From Bryobacterales bacterium (GTDB lineage: Bacteria; Acidobacteriota; Terriglobia; Bryobacterales; Bryobacteraceae), in the NCBI GenBank assembly GCA_016789755.1, contig JAEUQG010000088.1, forward strand, positions 449 through 64,448: a DNA stretch of 64,000 nt, given 5' to 3'. Below the pieces are notes generated by a model. That model was not told the DNA's origin. It saw only the letters and a list, made by a program, of their open reading frames with translations, and made no database searches. Shown here one piece after another: positions 29,882 to 38,902 of the stretch. Every line of letters starts with the position of its first letter. Positions within the stretch are counted from its first letter, which is position 1. The position numbers were made by a program, and so were the translations under genes.

Positions 29882-30943
29882 TCAGAGTTTGGAAATGATC
29901 GCGTCGCGGACTTCGGCGGAAGTGCCGGCGCCGCCCAGATCTGCCGTCCGCGCTTTGCCTTCCCTCAGGACTTCGCGGATGGCCCCGTCGATGGCCGCGG
30001 CGGCTTTCGATTCGCCTAAATGATCCAGCATCATCGAAGCCGAGAGAATCGCGGCCAGCGGGTTGGCGATCCCTCGGCCCATAATGTCCGGCGCCGAGCC
30101 GTGAACGGGCTCGAACAGCGATGGGTTCTTGCGGCTCGGATCGATGTTGGCGCTGGCGGCGAGCCCAATCGATCCGGCCACGATCGCCGAAACATCGGAG
30201 AGAATATCGCCGAAAAGATTGGAGGCCACCACAACATCGAACGAATCCGGCCGGCGCACGAAATTCATCGCCGCCGCATCCACCAACAGCGATTCGGTTT
30301 CGATGTCGGAATATTCGGCGGCGATCTTTTGAAACACACGATCCCACAGCACCATGCTGTACGCCTGCGCATTCGACTTGGTCACGCTCGTCACCCGGCG
30401 CTTGCCGTTCCGCTTGCGCGCCAGCTCAAACGCGTACCGGATCACTCGTTCGCAGCCGTGGCGCGTGAACACGGACGTTTGCACTGCGACTTCATCCGGC
30501 TGGTGCTGATGAACGAAGCCGCCCACAGGCGCATATTCGCCTTCCGTGTTCTCCCGCACCACCACCATGTCGATCGCCCGCGGCGGATAGCCTTTGAGCG
30601 GCGAAGCGACCCCTTCGTACAGAACAGCCGGACGCACATTGGCGTATTGATCGAAGTTGCGGCGGATGGGAAGCAGCAGTCCATGCAACGTGACGTGGTC
30701 CGGAATATCCGGATGGCCCACCGCTCCCAGTAAGATCGCATCGGCTTTGCGCAAGGTCTCGATGGCGTTCGCCGGCATCATCCGCCCGTGCTGAAAGTAA
30801 TAGTCGGAGCCCCAATCGTGCTCCACGAAATCGATGCCGAAACCGTAGCGTTCCCCCGCTTTGCGCAGCGTGGCGATGGCGCAACCGGTTACTTCTTCCC
30901 CGATTCCGTCGCCCGCGATCGTCTGGATATGGTAGGAATGCAT
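29882..30943 (-). CDS. Tartrate/D-malate/3-isopropylmalate dehydrogenase family enzyme
   Basis: IQTIAGDGIGEEV...FVEHDWGSDYYFQHGRMMP...AILLGAVGHPDIPDHVTLHGLLLPIRRNFDQYANVRP...VVVRENTEGEY...NLFGDILSD. The N-terminal half resembles the tartrate dehydrogenase subgroup. Confidence 0.85.
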   Translation of the reverse strand: MHSYHIQTIAGDGIGEEVTGCAIATLRKAGERYGFGIDFVEHDWGSDYYFQHGRMMPANAIETLRKADAILLGAVGHPDIPDHVTLHGLLLPIRRNFDQYANVRPAVLYEGVASPLKGYPPRAIDMVVVRENTEGEYAPVGGFVHQHQPDEVAVQTSVFTRHGCERVIRYAFELARKRNGKRRVTSVTKSNAQAYSMVLWDRVFQKIAAEYSDIETESLLVDAAAMNFVRRPDSFDVVVASNLFGDILSDVSAIVAGSIGLAASANIDPSRKNPSLFEPVHGSAPDIMGRGIANPLAAILSASMMLDHLGESKAAAAIDGAIREVLREGKARTADLGGAGTSAEVRDAIISKL

Positions 30944-30955
30944 CTGAAGTGGAAA

Positions 30956-31735
30956 TTATACGGGATTGCGTTCGACGATGGCGGCCCAGCCTTCCAACTC
31001 CATCCGCTCCCCGCCGTAGCCCGCGGGCCAATCGCCGCTGCGGAAGCCCGACACCAGGATTGTCCCGTTGGGCTTGACTACGCGCAACAGATCCTCGCGC
31101 AGTTCTTCGGCGGCCATGCAACTGATGTTGGCAATAACCGTATCGAAGCACGCCCCGCGCACGGAGCGCAGCGAACCGGTGAACAGCGCAGCCTGCGGAA
31201 CCGACTGCGCGGCAATAGCCGCCGAATCGTGATCGATGTCGCAGCCGGCCAAAGTGCTTGCCCCCAGTTGAGCCGCCGCCATCAGAAGGATTCCGGAGCC
31301 CGCTCCTACGTCCAGAACCTTCGCCCCCGGGCCCACCACGCTTTCAAGCGCCGCCAGGCACAGCCGTGTGCAAGGATGAATGCCGCTGCCGCACGCCATG
31401 CCCGCCTGATAGTCAAGGCGCAGACGGCCCGCCGGCGCCGGCGATTCATCCCATGGCGCCGCGAGATAGAACCGGTTGCCCGCAAGAACCGGCTGCCATT
31501 GGGCTTGAAATTCCGCAATGTAGTTGCGCGCGCCGTGATCCACCCATTCCGGCCTGTTCTCGGCAAACGCTTGCGCCGCGGCCTGCGCCTCCGCGGCGGT
31601 ATCGAAGAAAGCTTCCAGCATGCAATCGCCGCCAGGATATTCGTTCTCCACGATCCCTGTCGTAGCCGCCGCGTACAACTCCGCGATCAGGTCGTCTTTG
31701 CTGTCGATCGTGCAATGCAGCTTGAGGGAGATCAC
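30956..31735 (-). CDS. prmA: Ribosomal protein L11 methyltransferase
   Basis: ...PWDESPAPAGRLRLDYQAGMACGSGIHPCTRLCLAALE.....GAKVLDVGAGSGILLMAAAQLGAS.LAGCDID...TVIANI. Confidence 0.85.
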   Translation of the reverse strand: MISLKLHCTIDSKDDLIAELYAAATTGIVENEYPGGDCMLEAFFDTAAEAQAAAQAFAENRPEWVDHGARNYIAEFQAQWQPVLAGNRFYLAAPWDESPAPAGRLRLDYQAGMACGSGIHPCTRLCLAALESVVGPGAKVLDVGAGSGILLMAAAQLGASTLAGCDIDHDSAAIAAQSVPQAALFTGSLRSVRGACFDTVIANISCMAAEELREDLLRVVKPNGTILVSGFRSGDWPAGYGGERMELEGWAAIVERNPV

Positions 31736-31741
31736 TGCTTG

Positions 31742-33331
31742 CTAGCCTTGCACTCGTTTTTCGCGGCCCGCCCAAAACTTCTCTTTCAGAACCAGCTTGC
31801 GGATCTTCCCCGTGCCGGTCTTGGGAAGTTGCTCCTCGCGGAATTCGATCAGCTTGGGAAGCTTGAAGCGCCCCAGCGTCGCCGAGAGAAAATCCGTCAG
31901 TTCGTCGGCGCTCAGTTCATGGCCGGGTTTGAGAACAACCACCGCGGCGGGCACTTCGCCCCACCGCTCGTCCGGAGCCGGAACCACCGCGCATTCGTAA
32001 ACGGCGGGATGCGCGGCGATCGCTTTCTCCACTTCGATCGAGGATATGTTCTCTCCCCCGCTGATGATGATCTCTTTCTTGCGGTCCACGATTTGGATGT
32101 ACCCGTCTTCGTCCCATACCGCCATGTCCCCCGTGTGAATCCAGCCGTTTTCGATGGTGGCCGCCGTGATGTCGGGCTCCTTGAAATAGCCGGACATGAT
32201 TTGATCGCCGCGCGCAATTACTTCGCCGATCGTCTTGCCGTCGCGAGCCACTGGCGCCATGCTCCCATCCACCACTCGTACTTCCACCCCGGGGATGCTC
32301 CAACCCGCCATCGCGCGGCGGCGGTGCCGCTCGGCTGCGTCGGATTCATCGACGGTTGCTTTGCGCCTGGCGGTGGTCAGCACCGGCGCCGTTTCCGTCA
32401 TGCCGTAGCCCGAAAGTATGTCGCATTGGAACGCCGCTTCCATCCGGGCCACCAGATCCGCCGACGCCGCCGCGCCGCCCAGCATGATCCGCTGCATGCT
32501 GCTGAGATTGAACTGCGTCCGGTTGGGCGCGTTCAGCAGAGCATTGGCCATCGTCGGAACAAGGCTCATCTCCGTCGCCCGGTGGGTTTCGATCAGTTGA
32601 AACACCGTGGTCGGCTCGAACCGCCGCACCATCACCTGCTTGCTGCCCACCATGGTCGAGGTCTGCGGACGGCCCCAACCATTGGCGTGAAAAAGCGGAA
32701 TCGTGTGCAGGTCCACCAGATTGTCGGGATCGGTCAGGCACGTCGCCACCGCAAGCGCGTGCAGATATAGCGTGCGGTGCGAAAGCATCACTCCTTTGGG
32801 CGTGCCCGTGCTGCCGCTCGTATAAAACAGTTCCGCCACATCGTTCTCGTCGATGTCCATGAAGTCGATCTCGCTCGCCTGCGCCGCGCCGATGAACTCT
32901 TCGTAGGTGGCGTCGGCGGGTCCCGTCTTCTCGTTCAGCGTGAGAAATCGGCCGATGTCGCCGCAAGCGGCTTTGAGCTGTTCCACGATCGGCAAAAAGT
33001 CGTTTTCGTAAATCAGAATCCTGGCGCCCGAATGATTGAGAATAGGCGCCAGTTCCTGGATCGACAGCCGCACGTTCAGCGGCATCGCGATTGCCCCCGC
33101 CATGGGAACGCCGTAGTAGCCCTCCATCAACTGGTGATTGTTGAAACTAAGAAACGCCACGCGGTCGCCCTTGACGATTCCTTCGCTGCGTAGCGCATTG
33201 GCGAGTTGCAGGGCGCGGGCCCCGAATTGCCCGTAGCAGAGCGTGATGTCGCCCGAGACAATGCCGGTCTTGCGCGGGAATAGGTCCATCGCGCGGTACA
33301 GGAAACGGATGGGCGTAAGTGGTACGTTCAT
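31742..33331 (-). CDS. AMP-dependent acyl-CoA synthetase/ligase
   Basis: Trimmed from the 772-aa ORF to the ATG at 33331 (MNVPLTPIRFL...). AMP-binding signature LFYTSGSTGTPKGVMLSHR, plus GYGMTE, WIHTGDMAVWDEDGYIQIVDRKKEIIISGGENISS and PKTGTGKIRK. Confidence 0.9.
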   Translation of the reverse strand: MNVPLTPIRFLYRAMDLFPRKTGIVSGDITLCYGQFGARALQLANALRSEGIVKGDRVAFLSFNNHQLMEGYYGVPMAGAIAMPLNVRLSIQELAPILNHSGARILIYENDFLPIVEQLKAACGDIGRFLTLNEKTGPADATYEEFIGAAQASEIDFMDIDENDVAELFYTSGSTGTPKGVMLSHRTLYLHALAVATCLTDPDNLVDLHTIPLFHANGWGRPQTSTMVGSKQVMVRRFEPTTVFQLIETHRATEMSLVPTMANALLNAPNRTQFNLSSMQRIMLGGAAASADLVARMEAAFQCDILSGYGMTETAPVLTTARRKATVDESDAAERHRRRAMAGWSIPGVEVRVVDGSMAPVARDGKTIGEVIARGDQIMSGYFKEPDITAATIENGWIHTGDMAVWDEDGYIQIVDRKKEIIISGGENISSIEVEKAIAAHPAVYECAVVPAPDERWGEVPAAVVVLKPGHELSADELTDFLSATLGRFKLPKLIEFREEQLPKTGTGKIRKLVLKEKFWAGREKRVQG

Positions 33332-33406
33332 GGCGTTGAAAGAGATCCTCAATAGTTTACATTCCAGGGTGTTCCCTTCGGAAGCCTTGTGGCTTAGGAT
33401 GATTGG

Positions 33407-34009
33407 ATGCTGCTGGGAATGGTGTTGATGTCTGCGCCCGTCTTGCTGGCGCAAGCCACCGATGGGGCGATGAGCGTGGAGGAGCGCCGCTGGCTGCGCT
33501 CCCATCTCGAATCCTCGCGCGACGCGCTGCTCGCCGCCGTCGATGGCCTGACCGCCGGGCAGTGGAATTTCAAGCCCGACCCCGCAACATGGTCGGTGGC
33601 AAATGTTATAGAGCATTTGATTCTCACCGAAGGCTATTTCCAGGAAGCCACGAAGAAGATGCTCGCCGAGCCCGCCAAGCCGCGCATTGCCACGGCCACA
33701 GCCGAAGGAGACCGCAAGTTCGCCGCTCGCATCGCCGACCGCAGCAGGAAGGCCAAGGCCCCGGAGATGCTCGTCCCCACCAATCAATGGCCTTCGTTGC
33801 AGGACGCATCTGCCGAGTTTGCTGCCCGCCGGCGCAAGTCGCTCGACTACGTCGCCCAGACCCAGGACCCCTTGCGCGCCCATTCCAGCCCCGGAGCGGC
33901 CCCCGTCGATGTGTATCAGTACTGGGTTCTGGTTTCGGCGCACGCCATGCGCCACACCGCCCAGATCGAAGAATTGAAGAAGCACCCGTCCTTTCCGCCG
34001 AAGAAGTAG
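33407..34009 (+). CDS. DinB family protein (exported?)
   Basis: Signal-like MLLGMVLMSAPVLLAQA. DinB-type His triad context: WSVANVIEHLILTE...HAMRHTAQIEELKKH. AGGA lies 7 nt upstream of the ATG. Confidence 0.8.
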   Translation: MLLGMVLMSAPVLLAQATDGAMSVEERRWLRSHLESSRDALLAAVDGLTAGQWNFKPDPATWSVANVIEHLILTEGYFQEATKKMLAEPAKPRIATATAEGDRKFAARIADRSRKAKAPEMLVPTNQWPSLQDASAEFAARRRKSLDYVAQTQDPLRAHSSPGAAPVDVYQYWVLVSAHAMRHTAQIEELKKHPSFPPKK

Positions 34010-34028
34010 ATCGGCGTTGGCCGCTATA

Positions 34029-35420
34029 ATGGTGCACGATCCCACCATGACCGGCACCATTGAAACCTACGTCCGTCAGAACGAGACTCGCTTCCTCGAT
34101 GAGCTCAACGAGTTTCTACGCATCCCCAGTGTCAGCACCCTCCCCGAGCATAAAGGGGACGTGCAGAGAGCCGCCGGGTTCACCGCCGAAAAGCTCGCCG
34201 CCGCGGGCCTGGAACATGTCGAAGTGATTCCCACCGCCAAGCATCCGCTTGTCTACGCCGACTGGCTGCATGCCCCCGGCAAGCCCACCGTGCTTTGCTA
34301 CGGCCACTACGATGTGCAGCCCCCCGATCCCCTCGAACTGTGGCACACTCCTCCCTTTGAACCCACACTGCGCGGCGGAAATCTCTACGCGCGCGGTTCC
34401 GCCGACGACAAGGGCCAGATGTACATGCACATCAAAGCGGTGGAAACGCTGCGCGCGCTGCATGGCGGCAAGCTGCCCGTGAACGTGAAGTTCCTCATCG
34501 AAGGCGAAGAGGAAGTGGGCGGAGCGTCCATCTCGGCCTACGTGCCCCGCAACAAAGAAAAACTGAAGGCCGATGTCGCCCTCGTCTCCGATACGGCGCT
34601 CTATGCCGAAGGCATTCCAACTCTCTGCATCGGGCTGCGAGGCCTGGTTTACACCGAAGTCGAGTGCACGGCCACAGGACGCGATCTGCATTCCGGCTTG
34701 TACGGCGGCGCCGCCCCGAACGCCGTGTTCGCCCTCATTGAATTGTTGGCCAAGGCCAAAGACGCCGACGGTGTGATTCACATTCCCGGCATCTACGACG
34801 ATGTCCAGTCCCCTGCCGCGGCGGAGTTGGAAAGTTGGAAGAACCTGCCGTTTTCCGAGAAAGAGTTCCTCGAAAAGGAAGTGGGTTCGACGGCCCTCAC
34901 CGGCGAGCCCGGCTACTCCGTCCTCGAGCGCATCTGGGCCCGCCCGACGCTCGAGGTCCATGGAATCGCCGGCGGATTCACCGGTGCCGGTTCGAAGACC
35001 GTCATTCCCGCCAAAGCAACCGCGAAAGTCAGTTTGCGAATGGTCCCCAACCAGGACCCCGGAAAAGTGCTCGAAGCCTTCCGCAGCTTCCTCGCCGCCA
35101 ATGCCCCCGCCGGAACAAAAATCGAGCTTCGTGTTTTAAGCGAAGGACCCGCCATCGTCGTGAATCCGGCTCATCCCGCCATTGCAACCGCCGCCGAAGT
35201 GTTCGCAAAGGTCATGGGCCGCCCGACTGTATTCACTCGCTCCGGCGGCTCCATCCCCATCGTCGGGGAATTCGCCCATCATCTCGGCATACCCACCGTG
35301 CTCATGGGCTTCGGCCTGCCCGACGACGGCCTGCATTCGCCCAATGAGAAATACTGCCTGAAGAATTACTACACGGGCATTGTGACGATCGCTCATTTCT
35401 TTGAGCGCTACGGAGCATAG
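34029..35420 (+). CDS. M20 family dipeptidase
   Basis: RIPSVSTLPEHKGDVQRAA...VLCYGHYDVQPPDP...LYARGSADDKGQMYMHIKAVE...IEGEEEVGG...GLPDDGLHSPNEK. The start is ambiguous (TTG 34017, ATG 34029 or ATG 34047). Confidence 0.88.
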   Translation: MVHDPTMTGTIETYVRQNETRFLDELNEFLRIPSVSTLPEHKGDVQRAAGFTAEKLAAAGLEHVEVIPTAKHPLVYADWLHAPGKPTVLCYGHYDVQPPDPLELWHTPPFEPTLRGGNLYARGSADDKGQMYMHIKAVETLRALHGGKLPVNVKFLIEGEEEVGGASISAYVPRNKEKLKADVALVSDTALYAEGIPTLCIGLRGLVYTEVECTATGRDLHSGLYGGAAPNAVFALIELLAKAKDADGVIHIPGIYDDVQSPAAAELESWKNLPFSEKEFLEKEVGSTALTGEPGYSVLERIWARPTLEVHGIAGGFTGAGSKTVIPAKATAKVSLRMVPNQDPGKVLEAFRSFLAANAPAGTKIELRVLSEGPAIVVNPAHPAIATAAEVFAKVMGRPTVFTRSGGSIPIVGEFAHHLGIPTVLMGFGLPDDGLHSPNEKYCLKNYYTGIVTIAHFFERYGA

Positions 35421-35470
35421 CCACGGCAAGCAAAGCCACAGAATCGGCGCCTTCTCCCTCTGAGCAGGTA

Positions 35471-37084
35471 GTGCGTTCGGCGGGCGTCGCGTCCGTCGCC
35501 ATTGCCACCAGCCGCATCACCGGACTGGTGCGCGAAATCGTCATGGCCCGCCTCTTCGGCGCCGGATTGGCCTATGACGCCTTCCTCCTCGGGTTCCGAA
35601 TCCCGAATCTAACCCGCGACCTGTTTGCCGAAGGCGCCCTCTCCTCGGCGTTCGTCCCCATCTTCACCGAATACCTCTCCAAGCGCAGCAAGGAAGAAGC
35701 CGCGGCGCTCTCCAATCTCGTGGCCACCGCAATCATTCTCGTGGTCGGCGGATTCTGCGTGTTGGGCGCGATCTTCGCCCCGGCGCTGGTCGATCTGCTC
35801 GCGCCCGGGTTTCATCAGATTCCAGGCAAGTTCGAACTGGCCGTGACCATGACGCGCATCATGTTCCCCTTCTTGTTGCTGGTCGCCCTCGCCGCGCAAG
35901 CAATGGGAGTCCTCAATGCCTGCGGCATCTTCGGAGTGCCGGCGCTCGCATCCACCATGTTCAACGTCGGCTCGGTCACCTTCGGATTGCTGACCGGAAT
36001 ATTGCTCGGTCCGTACATCGGCATCGGCAGAATCGAAGGCATGGCCTACGGCGTGGTGATGGGAGGAGCCCTCCAATTGATCTGGCAGATCCCTAGTTTG
36101 CTGCGCACCGGCTTCGCCTTCCGCCCCATGATCGACTGGAGCGATCCCGGCCTGCGCCGCATCATCGCCCTCATGGGCCCCGCAATTCTCGGCTCCGCCG
36201 CGGTGCAAATCAACGTCGTCGTCAATACCAATTTCGCTTCCTCCCTCGTCGATGCGGTACGCGGAGCGAACGGCCCCGTAAGCTGGCTCGGCTGCGCCTT
36301 CCGCTTCATGCAATTGCCGCTCGGATTGTTCGGAGTGGCCATGGCCACCGCAACTCTGCCGGCCATTTCCCGCAGCGCGGCAAGCGGGAATTTCGATGAG
36401 TTCCGCCGCACTTTGTCGCGCTCTTTATCGACGGTCCTGCTGTTGACCGTGCCTTCCTCGGTCGGCCTGACCGTGCTCGGCAAAAGCATTATCGGTGCCA
36501 TCTATCAGGGCGGCGAATTCGAGTTGTACGATACCCAGCAGACTGCCGCGGCCCTGTCCTACTTCGCCATCGGACTCCTCGGCTATGCCGGCATCAAGGT
36601 CCTCACACCGGCCTTCTATGCCCTCAACGACGCGCGCACGCCCATGCTCGTCTCCATCGCCTCGGTCGGCATCAACTATCTGGCCGCCGCCTACATGGTG
36701 CACCGCGCCGGAGCCGGACATGCCGGTCTGGCGCTCGCCACCTCCCTGGTGGCCCTGTTCAATTTCCTCGTCCTCTTTGTCATTCTGCGCTCCAAACTCG
36801 GCGGCATTTACGGACGCGCGCTCGTCGCCAGCGTGTGGAAAGTCGTGGTCGCCGCCATGGCCATGGGCATTGCCGTCGCCGGCAGCAATGCCCTCGTCTC
36901 GCGCTGGTTGGGCGTCACTCGCACCGCCTATCTCGCCGACCTCGCCCTTACCATTCCCCTCGGCCTTCTGGTCTTCTACTTCGTCGCCAAGATGCTGTCC
37001 ATCCCGGAGTTGGAACCCGCCTTTCGAGGCCTCGCCAATCCTGTCATGCGGAGATTGCGCCGCCGGGGTGTTACAATCCAGTAG
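35471..37084 (+). CDS. murJ: Lipid II flippase MurJ
   Basis: GTG start. SRITGLVREIVMARLFGAGLAYDAFLLGFRIPNLTRDLFAEGALSSAFVPIF is the canonical MurJ/MviN N-terminus, followed by about 14 TM segments. Confidence 0.92.
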   Translation: MRSAGVASVAIATSRITGLVREIVMARLFGAGLAYDAFLLGFRIPNLTRDLFAEGALSSAFVPIFTEYLSKRSKEEAAALSNLVATAIILVVGGFCVLGAIFAPALVDLLAPGFHQIPGKFELAVTMTRIMFPFLLLVALAAQAMGVLNACGIFGVPALASTMFNVGSVTFGLLTGILLGPYIGIGRIEGMAYGVVMGGALQLIWQIPSLLRTGFAFRPMIDWSDPGLRRIIALMGPAILGSAAVQINVVVNTNFASSLVDAVRGANGPVSWLGCAFRFMQLPLGLFGVAMATATLPAISRSAASGNFDEFRRTLSRSLSTVLLLTVPSSVGLTVLGKSIIGAIYQGGEFELYDTQQTAAALSYFAIGLLGYAGIKVLTPAFYALNDARTPMLVSIASVGINYLAAAYMVHRAGAGHAGLALATSLVALFNFLVLFVILRSKLGGIYGRALVASVWKVVVAAMAMGIAVAGSNALVSRWLGVTRTAYLADLALTIPLGLLVFYFVAKMLSIPELEPAFRGLANPVMRRLRRRGVTIQ

Positions 37085-37091
37085 TTTCCCG

Positions 37092-37820
37092 ATGAATGCC
37101 GACCTTTCTTTAGTTCTGAAGCTCCAGAGCCTCGATTCCCGCACCGCCGACTTGGAGCGCGAAGTGAGCGCCCTCCCAAAACGAATCGCCGAAATCGAAA
37201 AGCAACTCGATACCCACAAGAAGCGCCTCGAACTCGACCGCACCGCCCTCGCCGCCAACGGCAAAGAGCGCAAGAGCCGTGAGGACGACATCAAGGTTCA
37301 GGAACAGAAAATCTCCAAGCTGAAAGACCAGATGCTCAGCGCCAAAACGAACGAGCAGTACCGTGCTTTCCAGCATGAGATCGAGTTTTGCGAAAAGGAA
37401 ATCCGCAGATTCGAGGATCGCATTCTCGACCTCATGGGCGAATCGGAGAAACTCGAAAAGAACGTCAAAGCTGCCGAGGTTTCCCTCGCCGCCGAATCGA
37501 AGCAGGTCGAGGGCGAAAAGCTGGCCGCGAAGCAGACCACCGCCGCCGATCTGCAGGAATTGGCCGCAATCGCGAAGGAGCGCCAAGCCGTGGTCGGTAC
37601 GGTGCGCAAGGACTTTCTCACCCACTATGAGCGCCTCCGCAAACGGCCGGGCGGAATCGCCGTCGCCGAAGCAGTGGACGATACCTGCAGCGTCTGCCAC
37701 ATGAAGATCCGCCCCCAGATCATGCAGGAGTTACGCGCCAGCGCCGATGGACTGAACTTCTGCGAGTCCTGCAAACGCATCATCTACTACAATCCGCCCG
37801 TCATCGCGGACGCGGAGTAG
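37092..37820 (+). CDS. Coiled-coil protein with C-terminal C4 zinc ribbon (COG1579/DUF164-like)
   Basis: Trimmed from ORF 36495..37820 to the ATG at 37092. A long coiled coil is followed by CSVCHMKIRPQ....CESCKRIIY. Confidence 0.8.
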   Translation: MNADLSLVLKLQSLDSRTADLEREVSALPKRIAEIEKQLDTHKKRLELDRTALAANGKERKSREDDIKVQEQKISKLKDQMLSAKTNEQYRAFQHEIEFCEKEIRRFEDRILDLMGESEKLEKNVKAAEVSLAAESKQVEGEKLAAKQTTAADLQELAAIAKERQAVVGTVRKDFLTHYERLRKRPGGIAVAEAVDDTCSVCHMKIRPQIMQELRASADGLNFCESCKRIIYYNPPVIADAE

Positions 37821-37825
37821 CCGCA

Positions 37826-38800
37826 GTGCCGGCGCCGCGCCTGCTGTTTGCGCTCTTGTCCTGCGCCCTCCCCCTCGCCGCTCACGTCATCAGCATGTCG
37901 AGCGGGGATTTCCGCATCGAAGCCAACCGCGCCACTTACGAACTGCGCGTGCCCATCTACGAAATTCAGCACACCGCCGCCCCCGAGAAAATGCTCTTCG
38001 ACAATATCCGCTTCACCGGCGGTGGCGGTCCCGCAAAACTCGTGGAGAAATCCTGCGTCGAAGACAAAGCGGACGCTTCCTTCCGCTGCAAGGCCCGCTA
38101 TGAGTTCCCTGCCCCCGTCGATCGGCTGGATGTCGTGTGCACCTTTCACAGCGTCACCGTGCCCAACCATGTGCACCTCCTCCGCGCCTACCTCGCGGAT
38201 AAAACAGATCAGGCGGTTTTTGATTTTTCAACGCCCAAGGCGACCATTCGCTTCCGGCCTCCCACACCCCTCGAAACATTCGTCACGGCAGCCGGCGCTG
38301 GCTTCGCGCGCGCCTACTCGAGTGGAGCCGCGGTCCTCTTCCTCGCCTGTCTGGCCCTCGCCGCCCGGCGCAACTCGGAACTGGCCCTGATTGCCGCCTC
38401 GTTTCTCCTCGGCGAGATTGCCGCCGCCATCGTCGTCCCCATCGCGGAGTGGAATCCCGCCCCACGCTTCGTGGAAGCCGCCCTCGCCTTGACCGTTGCC
38501 TATCTCGCCGTGGAGATTCTCACGCTCCCTCACGCCGGGCAACGATGGCTCGTCGCGGCGGTCCTCGGTTTGTTCCACGGCCTTTCCTACGCCCTATATT
38601 TGACCAGCACGGGCTACCATCCGCTGCCGGTCTTATTGGGCATGGCCGTGGCCGAACTGCTCGCCATCGCCGTCTTTGCCATGCTCATGGCCCGGATGGG
38701 CCGCGTCTTTTCCTCCATCGCTCCGCTCGCCTCCCGCATCGCCGCCTGCTTCCTCCTCCTCACCGGCATCGGCTGGTTTTTCTTGCGTCTCCGCGCCTGA
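37826..38800 (+). CDS. Membrane protein with periplasmic N-domain and HupE/UreJ-like TM C-domain (tentative)
   Basis: GTG start. Signal MPAPRLLFALLSCALPLAAH, a ~140-aa soluble region, then 5-6 TM segments including LGLFHGLSYA. The family assignment is tentative. Confidence 0.6.
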   Translation: MPAPRLLFALLSCALPLAAHVISMSSGDFRIEANRATYELRVPIYEIQHTAAPEKMLFDNIRFTGGGGPAKLVEKSCVEDKADASFRCKARYEFPAPVDRLDVVCTFHSVTVPNHVHLLRAYLADKTDQAVFDFSTPKATIRFRPPTPLETFVTAAGAGFARAYSSGAAVLFLACLALAARRNSELALIAASFLLGEIAAAIVVPIAEWNPAPRFVEAALALTVAYLAVEILTLPHAGQRWLVAAVLGLFHGLSYALYLTSTGYHPLPVLLGMAVAELLAIAVFAMLMARMGRVFSSIAPLASRIAACFLLLTGIGWFFLRLRA

Positions 38801-38902
38801 TCGTGTATAAAAAGATCTGAGGCCGGGGTGAAACTCTAAACATAAATTCCAGATTGCTTCCGCAACGGGAGCGCTGTATCCGCCGCAAGGCTGGAGGAAT
38901 TT

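Noticed and set aside
30788-32770. 660-aa plus-strand ORF
   Set aside because: It is antisense to prmA and the acyl-CoA ligase, both with diagnostic motifs. The translation is R/H/P-rich.
33332-34060. N-terminal 243 codons of the 772-aa ORF 31742..34060
   Set aside because: This part overlaps the DinB gene in antisense. Acyl-CoA ligase homology begins at MNVPLTPIRF (ATG 33331).
36495-37091. N-terminal extension of ORF 36495..37820
   Set aside because: It lies inside murJ in another frame and is P/S/A-rich. The coiled-coil/zinc-ribbon protein begins at the ATG at 37092, just after the murJ stop.
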